A DNA stretch of 64,000 nucleotides. It comes from Prosthecochloris vibrioformis. GTDB taxonomy: Bacteria; Pseudomonadota; Alphaproteobacteria; Sphingomonadales; Sphingomonadaceae. The stretch covers positions 2,369 to 66,368 of the forward strand of contig CALRJR020000009.1 of assembly GCA_943367575.1 (NCBI GenBank), written 5' to 3'. A program made the translations under genes and the position numbers. The number at the start of each line of letters is the position of its first letter. Position 1 is the first letter of the stretch. The notes below the pieces were generated by a model. The model was not told the DNA's origin and made no database searches. It saw only the letters and a list, made by a program, of their open reading frames with translations. Of this stretch, positions 52,158 to 61,453 are shown in pieces.

Positions 52158-55100
52158 TTATTCGGCCGGTTGCGGCGAAGCCATCGCCGCGTCAAGCTCC
52201 CGGCTCACCGCTTGGGGCGAACCCGTCCACTTGGCAAGCCTGCTATAGAGGATCGGGATCAGGAACAAGGTGATGAGCGTCGCCAGCATGACGCCAAACA
52301 CGATCACCACGCCGATTGCCGAGCGCGCACCCGCCCCCGCCCCGCTCGCGATCATCAGCGGCACCGCGCCCGCCGCCGTCGCGATCGACGTCATCAAGAT
52401 CGCGCGCAGACGGCGGGCAGAGGCAATGCGGATCGCTTCGGCAATGCTCTTGCCCTCGTCGCGCAGCTGGTTGGCGAATTCGACGATCAGGATGCCGTTC
52501 TTTGCCGCTAGGCCGACGAGCATGACGATGCCGATCTGACTGTAGAGGTTGAGCGTCTTGCCGAAGAAGAACAGCCCAAGCATGCCGCCCGCGACCGCCA
52601 GCGGCACGGTCATGATGATCACGCCGGGGTGGACGAAGCTTTCGAACTGTGCGGCGAGCAGCAGGTAGATGATCAGGATGGTGAGGCCGAACACCAGCAG
52701 GATCGACCCGCCGGTCTCGACAAACGCCTGGCTTTCACCGCGATAGCCGACCGCCAGCACTTCGGGCGACTGCGCCGCCTGTTCCTGCAGGAAGGTCAGC
52801 GCCTCGCCCAGCGAATAGCCCGGAGCGACGCCACCCGACAAAGTGATCGCGCGCAGCTTGTTGTAGCGGCCAAGGTCGCGCGGGCCTGAAACTTCGCGGG
52901 TGGTGACAAGGTTGGACAGCGGCACCAGCGACCCGTCACGTGCACGCACCTGAATCTGCGCCAGGTTGGCGAGGGTCGAGCGCCCTGCCGCATCCGCCTG
53001 AACGATCACGCGATATTCCTCGCCCCGGTCGAGATAGGTCGACACGCGGCGCGAACCGAGCAGGGTCTGGAGCGCCTGGCTAACCGCATTCACGGACACG
53101 CCCAGATCACCGGCACGCGTGGTGTCGACCTCGATCCGCATCTGCGGCTTGGTTTCCTTGTAATCGGAGTCGAGGTTGATGATGCCGGGATTCTGCGCCG
53201 CCGCCGCGAGGATCCGGTCGCGCGCGGCGGCCAGCCCTTCATAGGTGTTGCCGGCCAGCACGAAGTTGATCGGCTGCCCGCGCCCGCGCCCCAATGCCGA
53301 TCGCACCTGCGCGTTGCCGCGCACCGCGGGCTCGTCGGCGAGGATGCGATTGATCTGCTGCGCGACCTGCGCGGTCGAGGTTTCACGCTCTTCCCAGGTT
53401 TTCAGGAAGATGATGAACGCACCGCTGTTGAAGTCGTCGCTCGCGCCGAACCCGCCCGGCGTGCGCGTGATGATGGTCCGCACCGCGCCCTGATCGAGCA
53501 GCGGCAGCAACTTGCCCTGCGTGTCGAGCATATAGCGGTCCATCTGGTCGAAGCCGGTGCCCTCGGGTGCGCTGATCTGGACCTGAGCGACGCCCTGATC
53601 CTCGGCCGGGACCAGTTCCGACTGAAGGGTCGTGAAGGCAGCGCCCGCCGCAAACAGAAAGGCCAGGACGGCGATCAGCGGGATCAGCGGCTTGTCGATC
53701 GCGCGCGACAGGTGGCGCGAATAGAAATCCTCCAGCTTCTGGAACTGCTTGTCGACCCAGCCGGTAAATCGCCCGCGCTGTTCCTGCTTGAGCATTTTCG
53801 AGCAGAGCATCGGCGTCAGGCTGAGCGCCAGAAAGCCGGAAAAGGCGACCGCGCCGATCATCGCCACGGCCAGCTCGCGGAACAACAGGCCGGTCTGCCC
53901 CGCGAGGAAGCAGATCGGCACGAACACCGCGCACACGACCAACGTGGTCGAGATCACCGCGAAGCCAACCTGCCGTGTCCCCTTGAACGCCGCAACCAGC
54001 GGGGTCTCCCCCTCCTCGATCCGGTGATAGACATTTTCGAGCACGACGATCGCGTCGTCGACCACCAGACCGATGGCGAGGACCAGTGCCAGCAGCGTCA
54101 GCAAGTTGATCGAAAAGCCCGCCAGCCACAGCACCGCGAACGCACCGAGCAGACAGATCGGCACCGTCACCGCCGGGATCAGCGTCGCGCGCCATGAGCC
54201 CAGGAACAGGAAGATGACGAGCACGACCAGGATCGCCGCCTCGGCCAGCGTCTGCCACACCTTCTCGATCGCACGGCCGATGAACAGCGAATCGTCCGAT
54301 CCGACGGTGATCGTCATACCCTCAGGCAAATCAGCCTTCAGCGCTTCAGCGGTCGCCTTGGCGGTTTCGGCCACCTCCAGCGTGTTGGCACCCGACTGGC
54401 GCACGATGCCCAGCCCGACCGCCTGCTGACCGTTCATGCGGAACGCGTTATAGGGGTTTTCTGCCGATTGTTCGACCCGCGCGACATCGCCCAATCGAAC
54501 GAGATAGCCGTCCGCCCCACGCCCGACGATCAGGTTGGAGAAGTCGCCTGCAGTGGTGAACGGCCGATCGACGCGCAGCGTGCGGTTCTGCTGCTGCGAT
54601 TCCAGGCGCCCGGCAGGCAGCTCGACATTCTGGTTGCGCAGGGCGGTTTCGACGTCGGAAGGGGTCAGCGAATAGGCGGCCAGTCGCGTCGCATCGAGCC
54701 ACACGCGCATCGACGGGCGGGCGTCGCCCGCGACGAACACGCGCGCGACGCCGTCGATCGTGCTGAACCGGTCGACCAGCGTGCGGTCGACATAGTCGGA
54801 CAATTGCAGCCGCGACCAGCCCGGGCGCGAGATCACCAGGAACAGGATCGGGGAGCTGTCGGCATCGACCTTGCGCACTTCCGGGGCGATCACTTCCTCG
54901 GGCAGATCCTCGACGACGCTGCCGATGCGGTCGCGCACGTCGTTTGCGGCGGAATCGATGTCACGGCCGGGGCGGAACTCGATCGACACGTCCGACACGC
55001 CGTCGCGCGACCGCGACGTAATCGTCTCGATCCCCTCGATCCCCGACAGCGCCTCTTCGATCGGCTGGGTGATCCGCGCCTCGATCACACTGGCGGCGGC

Positions 55101-55259
55101 GCCGGTATAGGCGGTCTCGACCGACACGACCGGGGGGTCGGTATCGGGATATTCGCGCACCGACAGGTTCAGGAACCCGACCACGCCGATGATCGTCAGC
55201 AGGATCGCCAGCACCGCTGCGAAGACCGGCCGCCGGACGGAGAGATCGGAGAGTTGCAT
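52158..55259 (-). CDS. RND efflux transporter, inner-membrane permease (AcrB family)
   Basis: It is 1033 aa and starts MQLSDLSVRRPVFA. It has the typical duplicated 6-TM plus large-loop architecture, and the VVDDAIVVLEN block. Confidence 0.93.
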   Translation of the reverse strand: MQLSDLSVRRPVFAAVLAILLTIIGVVGFLNLSVREYPDTDPPVVSVETAYTGAAASVIEARITQPIEEALSGIEGIETITSRSRDGVSDVSIEFRPGRDIDSAANDVRDRIGSVVEDLPEEVIAPEVRKVDADSSPILFLVISRPGWSRLQLSDYVDRTLVDRFSTIDGVARVFVAGDARPSMRVWLDATRLAAYSLTPSDVETALRNQNVELPAGRLESQQQNRTLRVDRPFTTAGDFSNLIVGRGADGYLVRLGDVARVEQSAENPYNAFRMNGQQAVGLGIVRQSGANTLEVAETAKATAEALKADLPEGMTITVGSDDSLFIGRAIEKVWQTLAEAAILVVLVIFLFLGSWRATLIPAVTVPICLLGAFAVLWLAGFSINLLTLLALVLAIGLVVDDAIVVLENVYHRIEEGETPLVAAFKGTRQVGFAVISTTLVVCAVFVPICFLAGQTGLLFRELAVAMIGAVAFSGFLALSLTPMLCSKMLKQEQRGRFTGWVDKQFQKLEDFYSRHLSRAIDKPLIPLIAVLAFLFAAGAAFTTLQSELVPAEDQGVAQVQISAPEGTGFDQMDRYMLDTQGKLLPLLDQGAVRTIITRTPGGFGASDDFNSGAFIIFLKTWEERETSTAQVAQQINRILADEPAVRGNAQVRSALGRGRGQPINFVLAGNTYEGLAAARDRILAAAAQNPGIINLDSDYKETKPQMRIEVDTTRAGDLGVSVNAVSQALQTLLGSRRVSTYLDRGEEYRVIVQADAAGRSTLANLAQIQVRARDGSLVPLSNLVTTREVSGPRDLGRYNKLRAITLSGGVAPGYSLGEALTFLQEQAAQSPEVLAVGYRGESQAFVETGGSILLVFGLTILIIYLLLAAQFESFVHPGVIIMTVPLAVAGGMLGLFFFGKTLNLYSQIGIVMLVGLAAKNGILIVEFANQLRDEGKSIAEAIRIASARRLRAILMTSIATAAGAVPLMIASGAGAGARSAIGVVIVFGVMLATLITLFLIPILYSRLAKWTGSPQAVSRELDAAMASPQPAE

Positions 55260-56323
55260 CAGTTACCCTTGGCCTGCCCGGTGCTCTTCGGCGCGGCATT
55301 GCCCGGGCCAGCCGTGCGGACCTGCTGCCCCTCGGCAATCTTGACCACGCCTTCGGTCACGACGCGCTGGCCCGGCTTCAAACCCTGCGTCACTTCGACC
55401 AGCCCGTTCTGACGCAGCCCGGTGCGGATCGGCACACGCTTCGCCTTGCCATTCTCGATCACGAACACGAAACTCTGATCGCCCTCGCCCACCACCGCGA
55501 GTTCGGGCACTGCAGCGGAGGTCCGTGCCTGCGCTTCGATCGTCACGGTCAGCAGCATGCCGGGTTTCAGCTTGCGGTCGCCATTGGCGAGCACCGCACG
55601 CACGGTGGCGGCGCGAGTCTGCGGGTTCAGCACCGGGTCGATCGTGGCGATGGTTCCGCGGAACGGCTGATCGGGATAGGCGGCGGCGACCGCGACGATC
55701 GCCTGTCCGGGCCGAACCTGCGCCAGCAGCGTCTCCGGCACGGTGAAGTCCAACTTGATCCGGCTGACGTCGCTGACGGTCGCGATCTCGGTCCCCGCGC
55801 TCACCACCGCACCGGCGGAGATATTGCGCAGCGACACCCAGCCGCCGAAGGGTGCACGGACCACGCGATCGCCGATCGATGCCAGGGCTTCGGCCGCCTG
55901 GGCGTTGGCCTGTCCGGCGAGCGCGGTCTGCGCATCGACTGCGCTGCGCGTCGCAAAGCCCCGATTCTTGAGTTCCTCAAGTCGGGCGAGCTGCTGCTGC
56001 GCCTCCCGCGCCCGCGCACTCGCCTGTGCCAGCTGGGCGTTTTCCTGGCCCTGCGCCAGAACCGCAATCACCTGCCCACGGCTGACATAGGCGCCGTCTT
56101 CGAAATTGAGGCGCAGGATGCGTTCGGTAACCGGCGCCGTCAGCGTCACCTGCTCATTGGCGCGCGCCGTGCCGACTGCGTCAATCCGTTCGACAAAGCG
56201 GGCCGACTGGACCGCGCCCAGCGTCACCAGCGGCGCCTCACGGCCCTTTTTCTGCGCCGCGTCGCCGCCGCCGCACGATACCAGAGCCACGGCCGAAGCC
56301 GCCAATACAAGAATCATTCGCAT
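55259..56323 (-). CDS. RND efflux periplasmic adaptor (membrane fusion protein) lipoprotein
   Basis: ORF 55259..56371 opens with TTG. ATG 56323 gives MRMILVLAASAVALVSCGG, which contains a lipobox. It has a coiled-coil hairpin region. Its stop overlaps the RND start (TGATG). Confidence 0.88.
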   Translation of the reverse strand: MRMILVLAASAVALVSCGGGDAAQKKGREAPLVTLGAVQSARFVERIDAVGTARANEQVTLTAPVTERILRLNFEDGAYVSRGQVIAVLAQGQENAQLAQASARAREAQQQLARLEELKNRGFATRSAVDAQTALAGQANAQAAEALASIGDRVVRAPFGGWVSLRNISAGAVVSAGTEIATVSDVSRIKLDFTVPETLLAQVRPGQAIVAVAAAYPDQPFRGTIATIDPVLNPQTRAATVRAVLANGDRKLKPGMLLTVTIEAQARTSAAVPELAVVGEGDQSFVFVIENGKAKRVPIRTGLRQNGLVEVTQGLKPGQRVVTEGVVKIAEGQQVRTAGPGNAAPKSTGQAKGN

Positions 56324-56444
56324 GGAGAGCGCGCTACACCAACCGGGGGGAACATCAACTATTCCAACCAACTTGTCGCAAAAGTGTGTCAGGCTTTATT
56401 GCGCGCGCGAAGAAACGCTGTGTTTCCAATCGGAACGCCCCCGC

Positions 56445-57827
56445 TTAGTCGCCGGCAAACCCGAACGGCGAAACCCCGGCCTCGCGTTCGTTGACCAGCA
56501 TCGCGCGCCCCGTGGGCGGCGCACTGCGCTGCGGGCATTCGCGGGTGCAGGCGCGGCAACCCAAGCCCACCGGCACCGCCTCCCCGCCAAAATCCAGCCC
56601 GCGCGCGGCTGCCAGGCCGGTCGCCGCCTCTGCCGCCAGCCCCAGCGTCACGACGAAGCGCGCACGCACCGCTCCCGCCCAGCCGCCCGGCGGGGCGACA
56701 CAGCGGGAGCTGGTGAACCACCGCGTTCCGTTCTCCAGCTGAACCAGCTGGACGATCCGCTCATCGGGTCGGGCAAAGGCGGCATAGGCGTCGAGCAGCG
56801 GGCATGGCACGGCGGATTCGACCAACGGCGATCCGCTCGCCCCGGCAAAGCGCTTCGACACCTGCCCCGCGCGGTCGATGCGCAGCATGAAGAAGGGCAG
56901 CCCGCGCGCGCCGACGCGCTGCAGCGTGGTCAGCCGGTGTGCGACCTGTTCCGCGCTGGCCCCGAAGCGGCGGCGCAGCAGTTCGAGGTCATAGCCGGTC
57001 GCCTCGCACGCGCGCAGGAAGCGGGCATAGGGCATCATCACGGCGGCGGCGAAATAACCGGCGAGGTGACGGCGATACAGCCGCTCGGCCACACGGTCGG
57101 CAAACCCCGCGCCGCGCACCAGCGCCTCGATCTCGGTCCGTGCCTCACTTGCCAGTTGCCGCGCGAGGGCGAAGACGCGGCTCGGCGGATCGAGCGCCTC
57201 GGACAGTTGCAGCTGGCGGGCGTGGAGGTCGAGGCGGACGCGCAATCCGGCGAGCACCTCGATCGGGAGCACACGGATCGACAGCTGGTGCTTGACGCGC
57301 AGCCGCTCCGCCATCGCCCCGAACGGGTCGCTCGATGCGATGCGCAGCTCATCGGCCAGTGTTTCGGCGGCGGCGTCGAGATCGGCAAAATGGTTGCGCC
57401 AGCGCTCGACCTCGCGCCGCACCGCTGCGCCCGGATCCTCGACGTCTCCGCTGGCGACCGTGCCACCCGCGCCGATCCGGTCATAGGCGCGCGCAAATGC
57501 CTCCGCCCCGCCGGGTGCTCCGGCCAGCCATTCGGTCAGTTCGCTCCGGTCGATCTCGATATCGGCGAACAAGGGATCGGCCAGCCGCCGCCGCATCGCT
57601 TCCTCGCCGCCGCCAGGCTCACCCGCAGCGAGTGTGCGCGGATCGAAGTCGAACACCTGCGCCAGCCCAAGCATCAGCGTCGCCGAGAGCGGCCGCTGGT
57701 TGCGCTCGACCAGGTTGAGATAGCTGGCCGAGACTCCCAGCATCTCCGCCATCGCCGCCTGAGTCAGCCCCTGCCCGCGCCGCAACCGCCGCACCGCATG
57801 CCCCGCGAACAATTTGCGCTCAGCCAT
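56445..57827 (-). CDS. ScfR/PrpR-type regulator (XRE HTH + ImmA/IrrE-like domain + C-terminal Cys-rich domain)
   Basis: The HTH region is LRRGQGLTQAAMAEMLGVSASYLNLVERNQR. The central region is YFAAAVMMPYARF. The C-terminus carries CRACTRECP (C-x2-C-x3-C) plus two further Cys. Confidence 0.8.
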   Translation of the reverse strand: MAERKLFAGHAVRRLRRGQGLTQAAMAEMLGVSASYLNLVERNQRPLSATLMLGLAQVFDFDPRTLAAGEPGGGEEAMRRRLADPLFADIEIDRSELTEWLAGAPGGAEAFARAYDRIGAGGTVASGDVEDPGAAVRREVERWRNHFADLDAAAETLADELRIASSDPFGAMAERLRVKHQLSIRVLPIEVLAGLRVRLDLHARQLQLSEALDPPSRVFALARQLASEARTEIEALVRGAGFADRVAERLYRRHLAGYFAAAVMMPYARFLRACEATGYDLELLRRRFGASAEQVAHRLTTLQRVGARGLPFFMLRIDRAGQVSKRFAGASGSPLVESAVPCPLLDAYAAFARPDERIVQLVQLENGTRWFTSSRCVAPPGGWAGAVRARFVVTLGLAAEAATGLAAARGLDFGGEAVPVGLGCRACTRECPQRSAPPTGRAMLVNEREAGVSPFGFAGD

Positions 57828-57871
57828 GTCCTACAGCCCTTGTTCTTGCTATGTTCGATTCAATCGGCATG

Positions 57872-57886
57872 TGTCAATTATTTACA
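57872..57886. promoter_or_regulatory. imperfect palindrome TGTCAATTATTTACA in the divergent control region
   Basis: 12 of 14 positions are symmetric (TGT.AAT.ATT.ACA). It lies in an AT-rich segment between the ScfR-type gene and the small ORF. Confidence 0.35.
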
Positions 57887-57930
57887 TAACATCCACTCGG
57901 TTGTCATGCACCGACTACACCGTGACCACC

Positions 57931-57954
57931 CTGACAGGCTATTAAAATTGTCAG
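57931..57954. promoter_or_regulatory. inverted repeat CTGACA-N12-TGTCAG
   Basis: It has perfect 6-bp arms around an AT-rich spacer (GGCTATTAAAAT). A further TTGTCA lies at 57901-57906. Confidence 0.35.
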
Positions 57955-58007
57955 CATCGCCATTCGCGAGTCATACAGAATGCACGACAGTTTACAGGAG
58001 CAAGCCC

Positions 58008-58166
58008 ATGAAGACCCCCGAACCCGCGACTGCCCGCCCGGTCTTCTCGACCGCCGACTTCGCCCTGCTCAAGGAAGCGGTGGCCGATTACACCCGCAAG
58101 ATCGCCGACGACCCCCGCTCGGTCCAGTTCGCCAACCTCTATCACCGCCTCGGCCGCCTCGGCTGA
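58008..58166 (+). CDS. small hypothetical protein (52 aa)
   Basis: It is the last 53 codons of the 686-aa ORF 56106..58166. ATG 58008 is preceded by ACAGGAG. It reads MKTPEPATARPVFSTADFALLKEAVADYTRKIADDPRSVQFANLYHRLGRLG, and a strong terminator follows. Confidence 0.5.
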   Translation: MKTPEPATARPVFSTADFALLKEAVADYTRKIADDPRSVQFANLYHRLGRLG

Positions 58167-58194
58167 CGCGGCACCGCCTTCCTGGGGAGGAACG

Positions 58195-58237
58195 ATGCCC
58201 GCCGGTTCGCTCCGGCGGGCATTTGCGTCTGTGTTTT
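58195..58237 (+). terminator. intrinsic terminator (11-bp perfect stem ATGCCCGCCGG/CCGGCGGGCAT, 6-nt loop, T-rich tail)
   Basis: The stem is at 58195-58205 and 58212-58222. The tail is TTGCGTCTGTGTTTT. Confidence 0.7.
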
Positions 58238-58290
58238 GGCCCTGCTAATCCCTCGATTCGAAAACAGGGTATGGAGCAGGATCGCCGGAT

Positions 58291-59436
58291 ATGAGCCTCG
58301 ACGCCGAGACGTTTGACGCATTGATCGACACGGTACGCCGGTTTGTCGCCGAGCGGTTGCGCCCGCTCGAGGCGGAGGTCGAGGAGGCGGACGCGATCCC
58401 GGCGCAGATCGTCGAGGAAATGAAGGCGCTCGGCCTGTTCGGCCTGTCGATTGCCGAGGAATATGGCGGGCTGGGCCTGACGATGGTCGAGGAGTGTCGC
58501 GTCGCGCTCGAACTCGGGCGGACGACGCCGGCGTTCCGCTCGACCTTCGGCACCAATGTCGGCATCGGCAGCCAGGGCCTGGTCATGGCTGGGACGCCCG
58601 AGCAGAAGGCCGAATGGCTGCCGCGCATCGCAACGGGTGAGATCGTCACCAGCTTTGCGCTGACCGAACCCGATGTCGGCAGCGACAGCGGCGCGGTGAA
58701 GGCCCGCGCGGTGCGCGATGGCGACGTCTATCGCCTCTCGGGCACCAAGCGCTACATCACCAATGCCGACAAGGCGTCGCTGTTCACAGTGATGGCCCGC
58801 ACCGGCGACGAGCCCGGCGCGCGCGGCGTTTCCGCCTTTCTCGTCCCCCGCGACCTGCCCGGCGTCAGCATCGGCGAGCCCGAGAAGAAGATGGGGCAGA
58901 AGGGCGCGAAGGTTGCCGACGTCATCTTTGACGATGTCCCCGTCCCCGCCGCCAACCGCCTCGGCGAAGAGGGTGAGGGCTTCAAGATCGCGATGCGCGT
59001 GCTCGACCGGGGGCGACTGCATATCAGCGCGGTCAGCGTCGGGGTGGCCGAGCGGCTGATCGCCGACTGCGTTGCCTATGCCACCGAGCGCAAGCAGTTC
59101 GGCAAGCCCATTGCCGATCACCAGCTGATCCAGGCGATGATCGCCGACAGCAAGACCGAGGCGCTGGCCGCCCGCGCGCTGGTGCTCGAAACCGCCGCCG
59201 CCAAGGATGCGGGCAAGGACGTGGTGATGGAGAGCGCGGCGGCGAAGCTGTTCGCCACCGAAATGGTCGGGCGCGTGGCCGACCGCGCGGTCCAGATCTT
59301 CGGCGGCGCGGGCTATATCGCCGATTACGGGATCGAGCGGCTGTATCGCGATGTGCGCTTGTTCCGCATCTATGAAGGCACCAGCCAGATCCAGCAGCTG
59401 ATCATCGCACGCGAGACGCTGAAGCGCGGCGGCTGA
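58291..59436 (+). CDS. acyl-CoA dehydrogenase
   Basis: It is 381 aa. It has the blocks TEPDVGSDSGAVKARA, KRYITNA and QIFGGAGY, and YEGTSQIQQLIIAR containing the catalytic Glu. Confidence 0.92.
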   Translation: MSLDAETFDALIDTVRRFVAERLRPLEAEVEEADAIPAQIVEEMKALGLFGLSIAEEYGGLGLTMVEECRVALELGRTTPAFRSTFGTNVGIGSQGLVMAGTPEQKAEWLPRIATGEIVTSFALTEPDVGSDSGAVKARAVRDGDVYRLSGTKRYITNADKASLFTVMARTGDEPGARGVSAFLVPRDLPGVSIGEPEKKMGQKGAKVADVIFDDVPVPAANRLGEEGEGFKIAMRVLDRGRLHISAVSVGVAERLIADCVAYATERKQFGKPIADHQLIQAMIADSKTEALAARALVLETAAAKDAGKDVVMESAAAKLFATEMVGRVADRAVQIFGGAGYIADYGIERLYRDVRLFRIYEGTSQIQQLIIARETLKRGG

Positions 59437-59450
59437 CGAAAGGGAGAGAC

Positions 59451-60239
59451 ATGGACACCAGCAAATTCTTCGACCTGACCGGCAAGGTCGCGCTCGTCAC
59501 CGGCGGCAGCCGCGGCATCGGCAAGATGATCGCAGAGGGTTTCATCGCCCAGGGGGCGAAGGTCTATATCTCGTCGCGCAAGGCCCCGGCGTGCGAGGAA
59601 ACCGCAGCCGAACTCGGGCCGAACTGCATTCCGATCCCGATGGACGTGTCGACGGTCGATGGCTGCAAGGCGCTCGCCGCCGCGCTGGCCGAGCGCGAAC
59701 CGCACCTCGACATCCTCGTCAACAATGCCGGCGCGGCATGGGGTGTCGAGTTTACCGAATTCCCGGAGAGCGGCTGGGACAAGGTCATGGACCTCAACGT
59801 CAAATCGCCCTTCTTCCTCACGCAGGCACTGCACGACCTGCTCAAGGCGAGCGCCAGCCATGATGCGCCGTCCAAGGTGATCAACATCACCTCGATCGAC
59901 GGACTGCGGCTCAATCCGTGGGAGACGTACAGCTATCATGCGTCCAAGGCGGCGCTGATCTACCTCACCAAGCGCATGGCCGCGCGGCTGATCCGCGACG
60001 GGATCATCGTCACCAGCCTCGCCCCCGGCGCCTTCGCCAGCGAGATGAACCGCGCCGCGCGCGACCATGGCGACGAGGTGGCGAAGCGCATCCCGATGCG
60101 GCGGATCGGGACGCCCGAGGACATGGCGGGCGCTGCGATCTTCCTCGCCAGCCGCGCATCGGACTATGTCGTCGGCGACACGCTGGTCGTGGATGGCGGG
60201 CTGGTCAACGCGTCGCTGGCCGTGAGCATCGACGCTTAA
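59451..60239 (+). CDS. SDR-family oxidoreductase (RhlG / 3-oxoacyl reductase-like)
   Basis: AGGGAGAG RBS upstream. It has the blocks TGGSRGIG and NNAG, and YHASK with the catalytic Tyr/Lys. Confidence 0.9.
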   Translation: MDTSKFFDLTGKVALVTGGSRGIGKMIAEGFIAQGAKVYISSRKAPACEETAAELGPNCIPIPMDVSTVDGCKALAAALAEREPHLDILVNNAGAAWGVEFTEFPESGWDKVMDLNVKSPFFLTQALHDLLKASASHDAPSKVINITSIDGLRLNPWETYSYHASKAALIYLTKRMAARLIRDGIIVTSLAPGAFASEMNRAARDHGDEVAKRIPMRRIGTPEDMAGAAIFLASRASDYVVGDTLVVDGGLVNASLAVSIDA

Positions 60240-61309
60240 CCCGCGTCCTCGGTCTGGCCAGCGATCTTGATGTCCTTGCCCAGCAGGGTGCGGACATAGA
60301 TGCGCTGGACCAGCACGAACACCACCACGGTCAGCGGGGCGGCGAGCAGGACGCCGAGGAAGCCGAACAGCAGCCCCGCCGCGACCACGGCGAAGAGCAG
60401 GATGGCGGGCGGCACGTCGACCGCCTGTTTCTGGATCATCGGCTGCAGGAAATTGCCCTGAATCTGCTGGATGATCAGGAACAGCACGATCGTCCACACG
60501 GCGGTGATCGGCGAGACGGTGAAGGCGAGCAGGACTGCGGGGACGCCCGCGATGATCGGACCGATCATCGGGATGACGTCGAGCAGCCCGGCAATCAGGC
60601 CCAGCCCGCCGGCGGCCGGAACGCCGAGCAGCGCAAGCCCGGCCCAGGTGAAGGCGGCGACGACAAGCGAGGACACCGCCTGCCCGACCATCCAGCCGCG
60701 CAGGCCGCGCGCGGCATCGTCGATGGCGTCGGCCACGGTCGGCTCGGCCCGGCGCGGCATCAGCAGCAACAGGCCGCGCCGATAGACCGCGGGATCACTG
60801 GCGAGGAAGATCGCGGCGACGAAGACGAGCACGAAATTGGCGATGCCGTTGGTGGCGGTGAGGACATAGCCGCCGGCCTGGCTGGCAAGGCGCGAGACGT
60901 CGCTGCTGCCCTGCTCGACCATGTTGCGGACCGACTCGCTGAGCCCGGCGCGCTCAAGGAAGGCGCGGACCTGTTCGATCGCGGGCGGGATGCTGTCCTG
61001 GATCGTGTCGAACTCACCGGCGAGCTGCGAGCCGAACAGCGTGAACGCGCCGCCGAACACCGCGAGGATCAGGATGACCGAAATTCCGAGCGCGGGGCCG
61101 CGCCCGATGCCGGTCCAGCGGCTCACCGCCTGGGTGATCACGCCGAAGATCGCGGCGAGCACCAACGACGCGAAGATCAGCATGAGGAAGCCCGACAGTT
61201 CGAGCAGCATCCACGCAAAGCCCACGATCGCCAGGATCGTGACGGTGACCGTGGCGACGCGGCCGACCGTCGGGAACGCGCTGGCGGTCGGGTCCGAAGG
61301 GGTGGTCAT
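60236..61309 (-). CDS. AI-2E (PerM/YhhT) family transporter
   Basis: It is 357 aa and multi-TM. The C-terminal block IPMIGPIIAG..LLAF.VSP is typical of this family. Confidence 0.85.
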   Translation of the reverse strand: MTTPSDPTASAFPTVGRVATVTVTILAIVGFAWMLLELSGFLMLIFASLVLAAIFGVITQAVSRWTGIGRGPALGISVILILAVFGGAFTLFGSQLAGEFDTIQDSIPPAIEQVRAFLERAGLSESVRNMVEQGSSDVSRLASQAGGYVLTATNGIANFVLVFVAAIFLASDPAVYRRGLLLLMPRRAEPTVADAIDDAARGLRGWMVGQAVSSLVVAAFTWAGLALLGVPAAGGLGLIAGLLDVIPMIGPIIAGVPAVLLAFTVSPITAVWTIVLFLIIQQIQGNFLQPMIQKQAVDVPPAILLFAVVAAGLLFGFLGVLLAAPLTVVVFVLVQRIYVRTLLGKDIKIAGQTEDAG

Positions 61310-61453
61310 GCGGTAAGGTGCTCCATTCTAGTGCGGGATTTTTGGCCGAGCTGCGGCGATGCTACCGCGCAACGCTTTGCATCGCCAGCGGCTCCCGAAG
61401 CTGCTTACCATCACGGCATTGACGCGGCGCACACAGGCGGCTTTCAAGTGACG

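Noticed and set aside
56106-58007. First 634 codons of the 686-aa ORF 56106..58166
   Set aside because: It is antisense to the adaptor and ScfR-type genes and crosses the AT-rich control region. Only the terminal 52 codons have an RBS and a plausible composition.
59918-61453. First 512 codons of the 880-aa ORF 59918..62560
   Set aside because: It overlaps the SDR gene out of frame and is antisense to the AI-2E transporter. It has extreme Arg/Asp/Gly/His composition. The lactonase homology and Tat-like signal start at 61454.
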